64,000 nt of DNA from positions 96,001 through 160,000 of the forward strand of contig CAWHCF010000050.1 in the NCBI GenBank assembly GCA_963827655.1. The letters are read 5' to 3'. This document shows positions 32,258-42,108 of this stretch, piece by piece (position 1 is the first letter of the stretch; the number at the start of each line of letters is the position of its first letter). The DNA comes from an uncultured Acidobacteriota bacterium. GTDB taxonomy: Bacteria > Acidobacteriota > UBA6911. A program made the position numbers and the translations under genes. The notes under the pieces are model-generated. The model saw only the letters and a list, made by a program, of their open reading frames with translations, was not told the DNA's origin and did no database searches.

Positions 32258-33603
32258 GCAATTTTTTTTAGTTTGGGGTCCACTTTTTTCCACAGTGCAC
32301 GGTTGTCCTTGTGCTGACGAACAAAAGTTTTCCACAGGCCCGCGTGATGGATTCGGATCTGTTCAATCATTCGATTTACATCGTACATCTGGTTTCGGGC
32401 GACCAGTGCCCAGATGACATGGGCCATTCTGTTCATCTCAGCGCAGACGGCCTGCTGGGGACACAGGCCGCGCTGGATCATTCGCCACTTATGAAACGCA
32501 AAGGCGGGGTCAAAGTTGCAGGCGGTCTGCGTAACCAGATACAGCATAGCTCGTTGCTTGTGGTCGCCCCGGGCGGTCAGATGTGTTTTGTTAAGCGAAG
32601 TTCCCGTTTGGGTCCGCTCAGGACAACTGGCCCATTGAGCCGACAAAGCCTTGCCCGAAACGAACCGGGCGAGTCCCCGTGTGCCCAGCACCAGAGTGGC
32701 GGCAGAGACTATGGCGATGCCGGGGATACTGTCGAGCAGCTCGACCTGGCGCGCCGCAGACACGCCTTCTTCGGGTGTTTCGGTCTCGGCTTTCGCCTGT
32801 TGTACATAGGCAACCAGGGTCCGCTCTATATAGGCCAACCTCTTCTCCAGCAACTCGAGCTGAGCGAGCAGAAAAACCATGGCCTCGGCGTCATCGTCCT
32901 CGCCGGCGCTGGCTATCGACTGCTTAGCCAAGAGGATCAGTTGTTGAGCCCGTTCTACTCCGAGAGACCGACCCCGCCGCTCAGACTTCACTCGAGCCAA
33001 AGACAGGGCCTGGCGACGGGCCGCACGTCGTGCGGTGGGAATCTCACTCAACACCGCCCGAGCGAGCTTTGCGAACGGGTCGGCGAAAACCTGGGTGAAC
33101 TCTGGAAAGCACACCAGCACTTGCTCGTGAATCCGGTTTTTGGTTGCCGCCAGATCCTGGACCAAACGCTGACGTTCACTAATCACACGAGTCATCGCCT
33201 GGGCTTTGGGATCGTAATCGAAGGCCTCCAGCCGACGTTCGTATACCCGGGTAAACTCCGCCACATGATCGGAGTCGGACCCATCGGTTTGATCGCGGCG
33301 CGGGTTGGGACCTCCAAAGCGCGCGCTCTGGCCCGGATTGACCCGAATCAGCCTGATATTGCGATCCTGACAGGTCAACTTCCATTCTCCAAGCCAGGCG
33401 ATCAGGTTGTCGTCTATCCGTCCGCTGGCCTCGATTCCGATCGTGAGATCCCCCTCTGGCAAGACAGACTTCAGACTCTCGAATCCCTCGCGCGACATGT
33501 CAAACTGCCGTGCTTTCCAAACCCTTTCTCCGGTCGAATGCACCAGAGTTGCTGCAAAAAAAGACTTGCCTGGGTCAATGCCCAGCACGAAACTAGCTGT
33601 CAT
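32254..33603 (-). CDS. IS110-family DEDD recombinase/transposase (449 aa)
   Basis: LGIDPGK, GIEASG, VNP, QTDGSD (DEDD); LLDSIPGI and PERTQTG (Tnp20 domain); AGGAGG RBS at 33610-33615. Confidence 0.93.
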   Translation of the reverse strand: MTASFVLGIDPGKSFFAATLVHSTGERVWKARQFDMSREGFESLKSVLPEGDLTIGIEASGRIDDNLIAWLGEWKLTCQDRNIRLIRVNPGQSARFGGPNPRRDQTDGSDSDHVAEFTRVYERRLEAFDYDPKAQAMTRVISERQRLVQDLAATKNRIHEQVLVCFPEFTQVFADPFAKLARAVLSEIPTARRAARRQALSLARVKSERRGRSLGVERAQQLILLAKQSIASAGEDDDAEAMVFLLAQLELLEKRLAYIERTLVAYVQQAKAETETPEEGVSAARQVELLDSIPGIAIVSAATLVLGTRGLARFVSGKALSAQWASCPERTQTGTSLNKTHLTARGDHKQRAMLYLVTQTACNFDPAFAFHKWRMIQRGLCPQQAVCAEMNRMAHVIWALVARNQMYDVNRMIEQIRIHHAGLWKTFVRQHKDNRALWKKVDPKLKKIA

Positions 33604-33627
33604 GGGAGCCCTCCTTGGGTTATCCCG

Positions 33628-33886
33628 CATCCGGGTCTCTCACCCTTGCGGCGATCCGCCTTAGTCAAGCGCGGTCCTGTACGAGATGAACCCGGTCTAC
33701 GGGCGGAAGAGCGACCTTCAGGACGAGCTCGAGGCTCACGGGGCGCACGCTTTCTTCCGCCCGTATTCTTTTGCGGACTTAAAATGATCCCACGGATTTC
33801 CACATTTCCACAGCAATTCACAAAGAGAAAGAAGCAAAGAGAAAGCTACTACTACTACTATTGATATTCTTACTTAATTGGGTGCC
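33628..33886 (-). ncRNA. Predicted IS110 bridge RNA (structured core 33631-33765; 5' end inferred from the promoter)
   Basis: Perfect 13-bp stem 33698-33710/33753-33765 encloses target-matching guides; second stem 33631-33641/33683-33695 encloses donor-matching guides. Confidence 0.85.
33796..33880 (+). other. oriC-like module: DnaA-box-like 9-mers + (CTA)5 trio-like run + AT-rich tract
   Basis: ATTTCCACA x2 (33796-33812), AATTCACA, purine spacer, CTA x5 (33846-33860), then TTGATATTCTTACTTAATT. Confidence 0.45.
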
Positions 33887-33892
33887 ACAATG

Positions 33893-33898
33893 ATCATA
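33893..33898 (-). promoter_or_regulatory. -10 box (TATGAT) of the IS110 circle-junction promoter
   Basis: Junction reads TTGACT-cacaacacagga-cctt-g-TATGAT (17-bp spacer). Confidence 0.8.
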
Positions 33899-33903
33899 CA
33901 AGG

Positions 33904-34022
33904 GGCGCCGGAGCATTGAGGGCCGTGTCCAGCGCCCCTCCGGGACGCGTCTCTTCGCGTGTCTGTGACCGGGGGCAGCGCTCCGCTTGCCCCCGGCTAA
34001 TTTCCTTCGCCCTTTCAGGGCG
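33904..34022. repeat. Right half of the REP/REPIN-like host element
   Basis: CGCCCCTCCGGGACG, CCGGGGGCAGCGCTCCGCTTGCCCCCGG, GGCTAATTTCC, CGCCCTTTCAGGGCG. Confidence 0.75.
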
Positions 34023-34109
34023 CGAGCTGGCGTAACCGTTCGTTCTGGACCAATACAAGATGCGTGTAAGGTTCAGAGCAAGCGTGCGCACTCCAAACCA
34101 ACACGAGCA

Positions 34110-37100
34110 CTAAGGCCACCAGCGCGTTGCGTCCTGCACCGAGGAATACGCCTCGGCCACCGCTTCCGCGCCTCCAACTGCGGCCAGCGCGCCGGCTGCA
34201 TTCGCCAGCACGGCGCAGATGTCCTTGCGAGTGCCCGTAGGAAGTCTGGTTATTGCCTGAGAGAACCAATCACCCCAGAACGGATAGAGACGGGCCGGGA
34301 GAAGTTCGAGTTTTGCCAGCCATTCGATCAACGGCGGACTGCTCTTGTGCAAAGAAAAGACGTCTTCGAGCAGAGCATCCGATAAGAATGGACTTAGCAG
34401 GTCGATCACGCGAATTGGATCATCGATCGCCAGCACGGCTTCCCGGGCGACTTCCTCTCGTAACGGAGTCGCCAACCGCGCGGCCAGGGCGGCCAGCGCC
34501 TCGGCGCGGCGCGGCTTGAAATCAATCTCACGAGCGACAGTGAGCGCCTCGGGAAGTAACTCCTCCGGGAGACGCGGCGCCAAAGACTTCAGCGCTTCGT
34601 AACGTTCGAACAGGGGGATCTTGCGGGTCATCGCGAGCGCCTCAGGCAGCAGAGCCGCCGGAATATGAGGCGCCAGGTGTGTTAGATTCCAGCTCACGTA
34701 AGGAGATTGCTCTACCAGCTCGAGCGCCTTGGGAACGGCCTCTCTCTTAGCGTCCTCCGGCAGGTTGGGAATCAGTTCCACCAGGGTGTGGAGGCGGTCG
34801 TGCTCATAATCGATTCCGAGCGCGAGAGAAAGGGCTTCGCGGGCAACAGCGGAAAGGAGCCTCGCCTTGGAGGCACTGCAACAGGTACTGCAAAGCCGGC
34901 AACCGGTTTGCCTCCTGCAATTCGGCGGCATGCTTTTCGCGCCTCCTGGATGCAACTATTTCGGCGCACTCCAGACAACCGGGGAATAACGCTCCCGCAA
35001 TACCTGGCACCTTTCCCAGGAATCTTCAAATTCATTCGCAGCCCGAAGAAATTCGTCGATCAGCGATTCTGGAACGCTCCTGGCCAGATGGGCCAAAGCC
35101 CTGGCCCGCACGTCCAGGAATTTGATCGATCGAGCGCGGGCCAGCGCCTGTGCGAAAAGGGGTGCGGGCAACCGCGGCGCGAGGTGCTGCAGCACCGTTA
35201 CCTGATCGTCGGTGTGATGTTCCAGCACGGCAGCGAGTGCCTCTCCCAGCAGCCTTGCCGGAAGATAGGGCGCCAGCGCGATCATGGAGTTGACCCGATC
35301 GCGCGAGTAGATCGAGAGTTCCCGCACCGCGGCCAGCGCTTCGTCGAACAGATGATCCGGGAGATGCGGGGCAAGGACGGCTAATATTTTCGCTCGCTCT
35401 CGGAAGTCCGGCGTTTTGCGCATCTGCGCGAGCGCCTCGGCCAGGGCTCGCTCGCGCGATTCACCGGGAAGGTGAAGAGCCAGGCTCCATAGGACCTGTT
35501 CGCATTCGTATCGATCTCCGACTTCGCGGCGCGCGTCTACCGTCTCGCGCAGCACTTGCTTGGTCTCGCCCTCAGGCAGGTAGGGCACAAGGTCAAACAG
35601 TGCTTCCGAGCGCTTCCACCCGAAGCCCACGCCGATCGAGCGCGCCACCTTCAACGCCTCGCGGAGGAGATCATCCCGGAATGGGCCTGTGGCGCGTTTG
35701 ATGAAGCTCGCCAGCGCGGTGACTCGATAGCCGGCGTCTTCGATCCTGCCGGTCACTGCCACGGCTTTCGGGAGGAATTCTTGCGGGAGGCACTCGGCTA
35801 TTTCGGTCAGGGTGGTCGATCGCCTCAGCTCGTCGTCAATTCGCTCAACCGCCGACAGCGCTCGACGCGCGGCTCGCGACCGGATACTTCCGGTGAGATG
35901 AGGGGCAAGCCGCGCCAGCAACTTGGCGCAATCATCCTGGTCCTGAACGGCTGATGCCGCGGCTACGGCCTCGCGCCGGGCGCCGGGCGCGAGATACGGC
36001 GCAAGTTCGACGAAAATGTCGGCGCGCCGCCACTCGTTGATCTTGTTCTCGAAATGCTCTGCATCTCTCAGCCGCCGGCGCAGAATCGTTCCCCCCAGGA
36101 ATGCAGGCCAGTGAGGCGCCAGGGCTGAAGCCAGTCTGGACCGAAACACAACCGGGATCGAGCGAGCCGCTCGAACGGCTTCCTGAATCACTTGCTCTTT
36201 CGCTGTTTCGGGCAGGCGGGGAATCAAGGATACGAGCAGAGTGCCACGGGAATAGCCATCTGCCTGGCGTAGATGATGCCAGCGACGTACACGCAACTGG
36301 CGCGCGATCTCCAGGATGCTCGAGAGCAGCGATTCCGGCACGAAAGGAACCAGATGTTTCAAAGCGCCGGGAAGCTCAACTGCGCTTGAAAGAGCCCTTT
36401 CCATCAACGACTCGGGCAGCGAGGGGGCTAGAGCCGCGAGCGCCTTGCCCCGGTAATAGTTATCCAGGACGCCGATTCTCTCGATCGCCTCTCCAAGACA
36501 TGATTCGGGCAGATAGGGCGTCAAAGCGGTGAGAGTATTGACGCAAGTATCAGGATCGCGAATGGTCCAAACGAACTGCGAGGCTTCCCGAACCAGTGAA
36601 TCCGGGAGCTGGGGGGCTAGTTCCCGCATCGCTTCGGCTACTTTCGTTGAATATCTGTAGTCGGTGGTTTCCCGCAAGGCGGTGAGCGCCTCTTGAAGAA
36701 CCTCTTGCTTCCGTTCGCCTGTGGCATGTCGTGCCAGGGCGCTCAGGGCCTTGCATCGGTCATCGGGAGAAGAGACCCTTCGTGCTACCCCCAGCGCCTC
36801 CCGCAGCACATCGTCTTTGAAATCCGGCGGCACATACGGGAAAAGCGCCGCCAGCCCCATGGAACTGACATCTGCATATCTGGCGTTTCGAGCGTAGGCC
36901 AGCGCCTGCTCCCATGACCAGACTCCGTGTTTGACCAGGGCCTCCAGGAGCGGTGGTTCGATATGCCAGGCCAGACTTCTGAGCGAGGCGGCAATGATGG
37001 CGTACCGGACTTCGAGTCCTATGCTGGCGGGGATTTTCCCCTGACGTCCCTCCCCGGCCGACATCCGCTCGCTCATGGCCCGCGCACGGCTGAGATCGCT

Positions 37101-39065
37101 CAGATATCCCGACGTATCGCCGGCCTGTTCGCGTGCGGCGAACCAGGCGTTCACGGCCTGAGGCCCGAAAGCTTTGTCCTGCTCGGGCCATTCCACCTGG
37201 AAGAGAGCCCGCACATCCCGTTCCCGGCCGGCGCCCTCCAGGTGAGTCACAAGGTGCCGAAGCCCATAGCGCTCGTCCAGCTGGACGGACGTGGTCTCCC
37301 TCAAATTGGGCAACCCGGCCGCAAGTCCTCCCCAGGCGTTGATGTATCGGTCGGCAAAGCGCGAATGCGCGCTGCGTGTGGCTTCGGCGATTTCTGTCGC
37401 GAAGCGACGCTCGCCGCTTGTCATTTCACTTGCATCCGCCCTTCCATCCAGGAATTCTCGCAGACTGGCATGGTGGAGGCGGTATCGAGGCTCGGGGCCC
37501 TCGCTAACCGTGACAAATGCGATCCAAGCCTGTTCCAGGAGCCGCCGTGCTGCGGGCTCAGCCGTCACGCCGGAAACGGAACAGAGGAACTTCAGGGAAC
37601 AGTCTTCCTGGGCGGCGGCCAGGCTGGTGAGCAGCGGCAGTTGGATCGCGTCCCACTCGTCGGCGTGCTCTCTTCGCCATCGCTGCCAGTAGCGGGCATA
37701 GTACTGCCACACCCCCTGAGGCAAGGTTTCGAGTTCCAGCGGAGACCGTTCGCCGCTTTCGATTTCGCCGACAACGTAGTGCAGATAGATCCATACACCG
37801 CGAGATTTATCGAGTAGTTTCTCGACGAAGCGATCCGGCGAAAATTCGCTTTTTCTGAGCGCCTGGGAAATTTTCTCCAGCCCGGCCGTGCGCTCCACAT
37901 AAGCGCGCATGTCAGCCAGGTTGTTGGCATCCCCGGCTTCCAGTGTTACAACTCGGCGCGAAGTATCGACCATTAGCGAAACCTCCACCGGCCTCTGGGA
38001 AACCAGGAAATAGACACCTTCCGGCACCACCCCTGGCAACCCCAGGACGTTTTGTCCTGGAGGCGTGCCCGCCTCATCGAGCGCATCGACGACGACGACA
38101 ATCTTCTCGCCTGGAGCCACTTCGTCTCGTTTGCGGGCGGCCTCAACCAGCAACGTCTGCAGGTAGTCGGGACGCGTGGCAGCTCCTGGCAGCACCTCAT
38201 CGAGGCCGTAAGGATTCAGCTTCCACGAGCGAATCAGCTGAGCCGCCAGATTCTTGAGTCCCGGTCCAATTCCATCGGCGCCGGGGGCCAGTTCGACAAA
38301 GTGGTGAATGTATCCGCGCTCCTTTACCAGATAAGCGAGCAGGGCTGTCTTGCCCAAACCCGCTTTGGCTTCGAGCACAAAATAACCGGAGGAACTCTCG
38401 GAGAGAAACGTATCGAACTGGCGGGTCAACCATTCGCGGCCGACGAAGCGGTCGAGCCGCACCCTTCGGAATACCGACCACGGCTGAATGTAAGCATCGC
38501 GCAGCCGCTGGTAATCGCCAACAAACACCTGATTGTGGCTTCCGGAGACGACCACACTGCGGATGACCTCGCCTCCGACTCCTATCTGCGCCACCAACCA
38601 GTTGTGCAGGTCTGCGGTGATTTTGGCCGCAAGCTCATGCGGATTGCTGAATTCGGTGACCGTGTGGCGGTCCGGTGCCCGCAGCTCCTGTTTAAGCGCG
38701 GTCAGCCGCGCCGATTTATCAGGGTCGGTTTCGCGCCAGGATGGGTCGATGGCCGATTCGGCTTTGAAATAAATGAAGCAGGGCAGGCCGCGCTCCTGGG
38801 CGCGCCGGTACTCTCGCTCGGTGATGCCCGAACCGTAGCGGCCTCCGAAAATGCCGATGTAAACCTGGCTTCGGTCTACTTCGTCGAGCGATGCCACTTC
38901 GGTCGTTTCATCGCGGCTGCCGAAATACTCCATGCCGACGAACTTGGTGTCTCTCATGCGCTGGAGCGAAGCCTCCACGGCCTCGCGCTCGGGCTTCAGG
39001 TCGAGCGAGGTCGAACTCACAAATACCGCTACCGTTACCGCAGGTCGGGGAGGCATGGGGCGCAT
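34110..39065 (-). CDS. DUF4062 + STAND/NACHT-like NTPase + helical repeat protein (about 1650 aa), with several frameshifts at about 34860-35000
   Basis: VFVSSTSLDL...GGRYGS..TEREY (DUF4062); AKAGLGKT, VVVDALDE; repeated AL..LAP.LP units continue into the 34110-34955 ORF. Confidence 0.85.
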
Positions 39066-39188
39066 TCAAATCCGCCTTAAAAGGCACGCATTGAATTGCT
39101 GGTAGATAGGACCGGCGACTATGTGCTGCTGTTCGCAATTACGGTCACGTATTTTGGCAGTGAGGCTTGAAGGGCCGACAGAGAGTAG

Positions 39189-39279
39189 CCCGGCCGTAAG
39201 GCCGGGATTAGACGTGCATCAGTAAGAAGGAGCGCCGAAGGTGGGACACAGCCGGAGTGCCGGTCCTTCGGACCTCGTG
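39189..39279 (+). repeat. Multi-hairpin REP-like repeat (empty site of the MITE-B target)
   Basis: CCCGGCCGTAAGGCCGGG hairpin preceded by GTAG; homologous to 28226-28302. Confidence 0.7.
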
Positions 39280-39402
39280 CCTACTTTCCCCTCAGCACTT
39301 TTTACTTTTCACTCTCCACGGGGCCTTCGGCCCTAGGCAACACAGCCGACTCCTACCGCTCTGCCCATACGTCAGCGTAATTATGAACCAACCAACTCAC
39401 GG

Positions 39403-40545
39403 TCAACCGTACCCTTCGAAGCAGTCCAGGCCCCGGCTCAGGTCTGCGTGAAGCAGGCGGTGGAAGAGGTGCTCGCCGGCTTCGCGGCGGGCGGACAGGC
39501 GGCCGGCGCGGTAGGCGCGCGACGTGAGACCGCGCTGTACCGAGCGGCAGATGGATGTGTCCTCGTCCTGGATCCGCTGACCGACGTTGATGCTGGCGAG
39601 GTTACGGACGCGCGCTTCCTCCGACGAAACGTCGGAAAAGTAGAAGTCGAAGATCACCTCTGTCCGGTCGATCCCCAGGGGCCGGACCAGGTTCGTGTCC
39701 ATCACTCCTTCGTACCAGTTCACCATGAAATTGGGGTAGATCCAATAGTAGAGGGCCAGCTTCCCCTGACGGACGGCCGCGGTTTCGGGCTCGGCGCCTT
39801 CGCTTGTTACCGGGCTTTTCTGCAGGCAGTGCCGCGGGCCGTTCTCGATGGTATATCTTCCGTAGTCGAGGACGCTGTCGAGACCCTTGTGCAGGTGAGG
39901 GATGTGGTAACCGCCGTCGAGGTAGTTGTCGACGAAAACCTTCCAGTTGCACTCGAAGGCGTAGCGGCGCCTCTCCATGAAATGGAAACCTGTCAGGCCC
40001 AGCGCGTGAAACTGAGCCCTGAGATCTTCACCGAGGAACTCCTCAATCGACGGCCCTTCCGGGTCGAGCCGGACGAAGACGAACTGCTCCCATGTAGCAA
40101 CTGCGATCGGGACCAGGCCGTTCGCGGCGCGATCGAAGTCGCAGACCCCGGCGAAATCGGGTGTGCCTCGCAGCTCCCCGTCGAGGCCATAGGTCCAGCC
40201 GTGATAGGGACAGCGCAGGCTGCTCGCCTCTCCCTGCGGTTCGGTCATGACGGCAGCCGCGTGGTGCCGGCACACATTGAAAAAGGCGCGCAGCCGGCCG
40301 TCGGATCCGCGCACGACCAGGATCGGCTCTCGGGCCAGCTCATCGGTGACATACCGTCCGGGCTGCGTCACTTGCTCGACGCGGCAGATCATCTGCCACG
40401 ACTGGCTGAAGACGATCCGGTTTTCCAGGCCGGCGATCCGCGGGTCGACGTACCAGTCCGACGGGATGGTCCAGGCCCGCTCGAGCGGAGCCTTCGGGTC
40501 GTACGAGTCGACGATTTGCCGGAGCGGGCGGCGCATGGGTCTCAC
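39403..40545 (-). CDS. Rieske non-heme iron oxygenase alpha subunit (choline monooxygenase-like)
   Basis: CRHH...CPYHGW Rieske motif; NWK..VDNYLDGGYHIPHLH; CRSVQRGL. Confidence 0.92.
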   Translation of the reverse strand: MRPMRRPLRQIVDSYDPKAPLERAWTIPSDWYVDPRIAGLENRIVFSQSWQMICRVEQVTQPGRYVTDELAREPILVVRGSDGRLRAFFNVCRHHAAAVMTEPQGEASSLRCPYHGWTYGLDGELRGTPDFAGVCDFDRAANGLVPIAVATWEQFVFVRLDPEGPSIEEFLGEDLRAQFHALGLTGFHFMERRRYAFECNWKVFVDNYLDGGYHIPHLHKGLDSVLDYGRYTIENGPRHCLQKSPVTSEGAEPETAAVRQGKLALYYWIYPNFMVNWYEGVMDTNLVRPLGIDRTEVIFDFYFSDVSSEEARVRNLASINVGQRIQDEDTSICRSVQRGLTSRAYRAGRLSARREAGEHLFHRLLHADLSRGLDCFEGYG

Positions 40546-41748
40546 GACAGCGACGGAGGCGTCGCGGTCTTGCGGGGCGGATTGAAGAACGGCGTCGGGA
40601 CCACCTTCGCGGAGATCCGGTGTCGCACCGCCTCCACCGTCACCTCCATCCGCAGCATCGTGCCCGGCGCGTCGTGCGGTTGGCTGATGGTCGCCAGGGC
40701 GATGAGCTTCTTGAGAGTGGGCGACCAGGTGGTGGAGGTGGCCTTCCCTACCTGCCGGCCCTCGCGGTAGACGGGCACTGCGACGCGCGAGGCGATCGCC
40801 GGGACCTGGGGCGCGAGGCCGATCTTTTCGTAGAGCGCCTCCAGCTCGTCCCAGCTAAGCTCAAGGCCGACGATCCGGCGCGCCGGCCCGCGCCGATGTT
40901 CCGCCCTCAGGGCCGCCTGTCCGACGAACCGGCCCTTGTCGAGCGCGACCAGACGCGCGAACCCCAGCTCGAACGGCGAGTACTTCTGCGTCTCGATAAG
41001 CGCCTTTTTGCTGCTGTGGAAATCGACATCGATCAGCAGCAGCCCGGCCTCGATGCGCGCGACGTCGAGCGCCAGCATCCCGGTCGGATGGAGGTCGAAC
41101 GCGCGGCCCGCGTCCATCAGCGTGTCCCATACGCGCGGCGCCTGATCCCAGGGGATCCAGATTTCGTATCCCAGGTCGCCCGTGTAGCCGGTGCGAGAAA
41201 TGTCCACCGGCACGCCGGCGATCCGGCCACTCGTGACGCGGAAGTATTTGAGCTTCGAGAGATCCGCCTCGGTCACCCGGGCGAGGATGCGGGCCGAGGT
41301 AGGGCCCTGTAGCGCCAGCGCGGCGATCTGCTCGGAAATGTCCTCGATCTCCACTTCCATTCCTGTCGCATTCTGGCGGAACCAGCGCAGGTTCGGGTCG
41401 GCCGCGGTCCAGCGGTAGGTGGTCTCGGCCAGCCGCGTGACGGTGCCGTCGTCGATCACCTTGCCGTCGCTCGTCGCACCAGGGGGTGTAAACGACCTGC
41501 CCCACCGATACCTTCCGCATATCGCGGGTGATGATGCGATCGACCAGGCGCGTGGAGTCCTTTCCCTTCAGCCGGTACTTGTAGAGAGGGGTGATGTCGA
41601 TCAGCGCCGCCGCGTTGCGGATGGCGTTGTACTCGTGCTCGTGGTGGATCTCGTAGGAGCTGACCGCGTAGTAGCCGGACCATTCGCGGTAGCTCAGGCT
41701 CTCGCACAGGGGGAAGGTCTTCTCGTGCAGCGCGGTACCAATGGGCAC
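40542..41748 (-). CDS. GcvT-like folate-binding aminomethyltransferase, frameshift near 41470
   Basis: EYNAIRNAAALID, IDDG, ALQGP, SRTGYTGDLGYE, RIEAG. Confidence 0.9.
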
Positions 41749-42108
41749 GGTCGGGCTCCTCGACGGTTGCGGCGAAGATTATAGTACAAGCGTGATCAGG
41801 AAGGCGGGCAAAGAGAAGCTTATCGTCACCGGTTCCGGAGGCTCTGGTGCAAGGTTTCGAATGCTTGATAAACCGAGTCCGTCCCCCTTTCATTCATGGA
41901 TATCAGCCCGCGTATGCGCGGGCAATTTTCCATCTCGACTACTAACTCCGATGTGTCGAGAGCTACACATACATTTGCCCAGCTGATCAGTTCCATCCCT
42001 GCCAGGCCCGATCACAGCCAGGATTTTCCGCCGCTCAAGCTATCTAAAATGCCGCAGATTTCTGCCATCATCATCCTCAGGAAGAGGACAGTCTCGAAGT
42101 TCCGAACG

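Larger units (their letters stand above)
32240..33903 (-). mobile_element. Complete IS110-family insertion sequence (bridge recombinase element)
   Basis: AAGG at 32236-32239 and 33900-33903; removing the element restores the palindrome GCGCCCTGAAGGGGCGC; no long TIRs; about 300-bp upstream non-coding end. Confidence 0.92.

Noticed and set aside
32311-33864. 517-aa plus-strand ORF antisense to the IS110 recombinase
   Set aside because: No recognisable motifs or RBS; long shadow ORFs are common here (e.g. 9459-11075, 12307-13977)
33796-33880. The chromosomal oriC itself
   Set aside because: Lies within IS boundaries, with no dnaA/dnaN/gyrB/gidA context; retained only as an origin-like module
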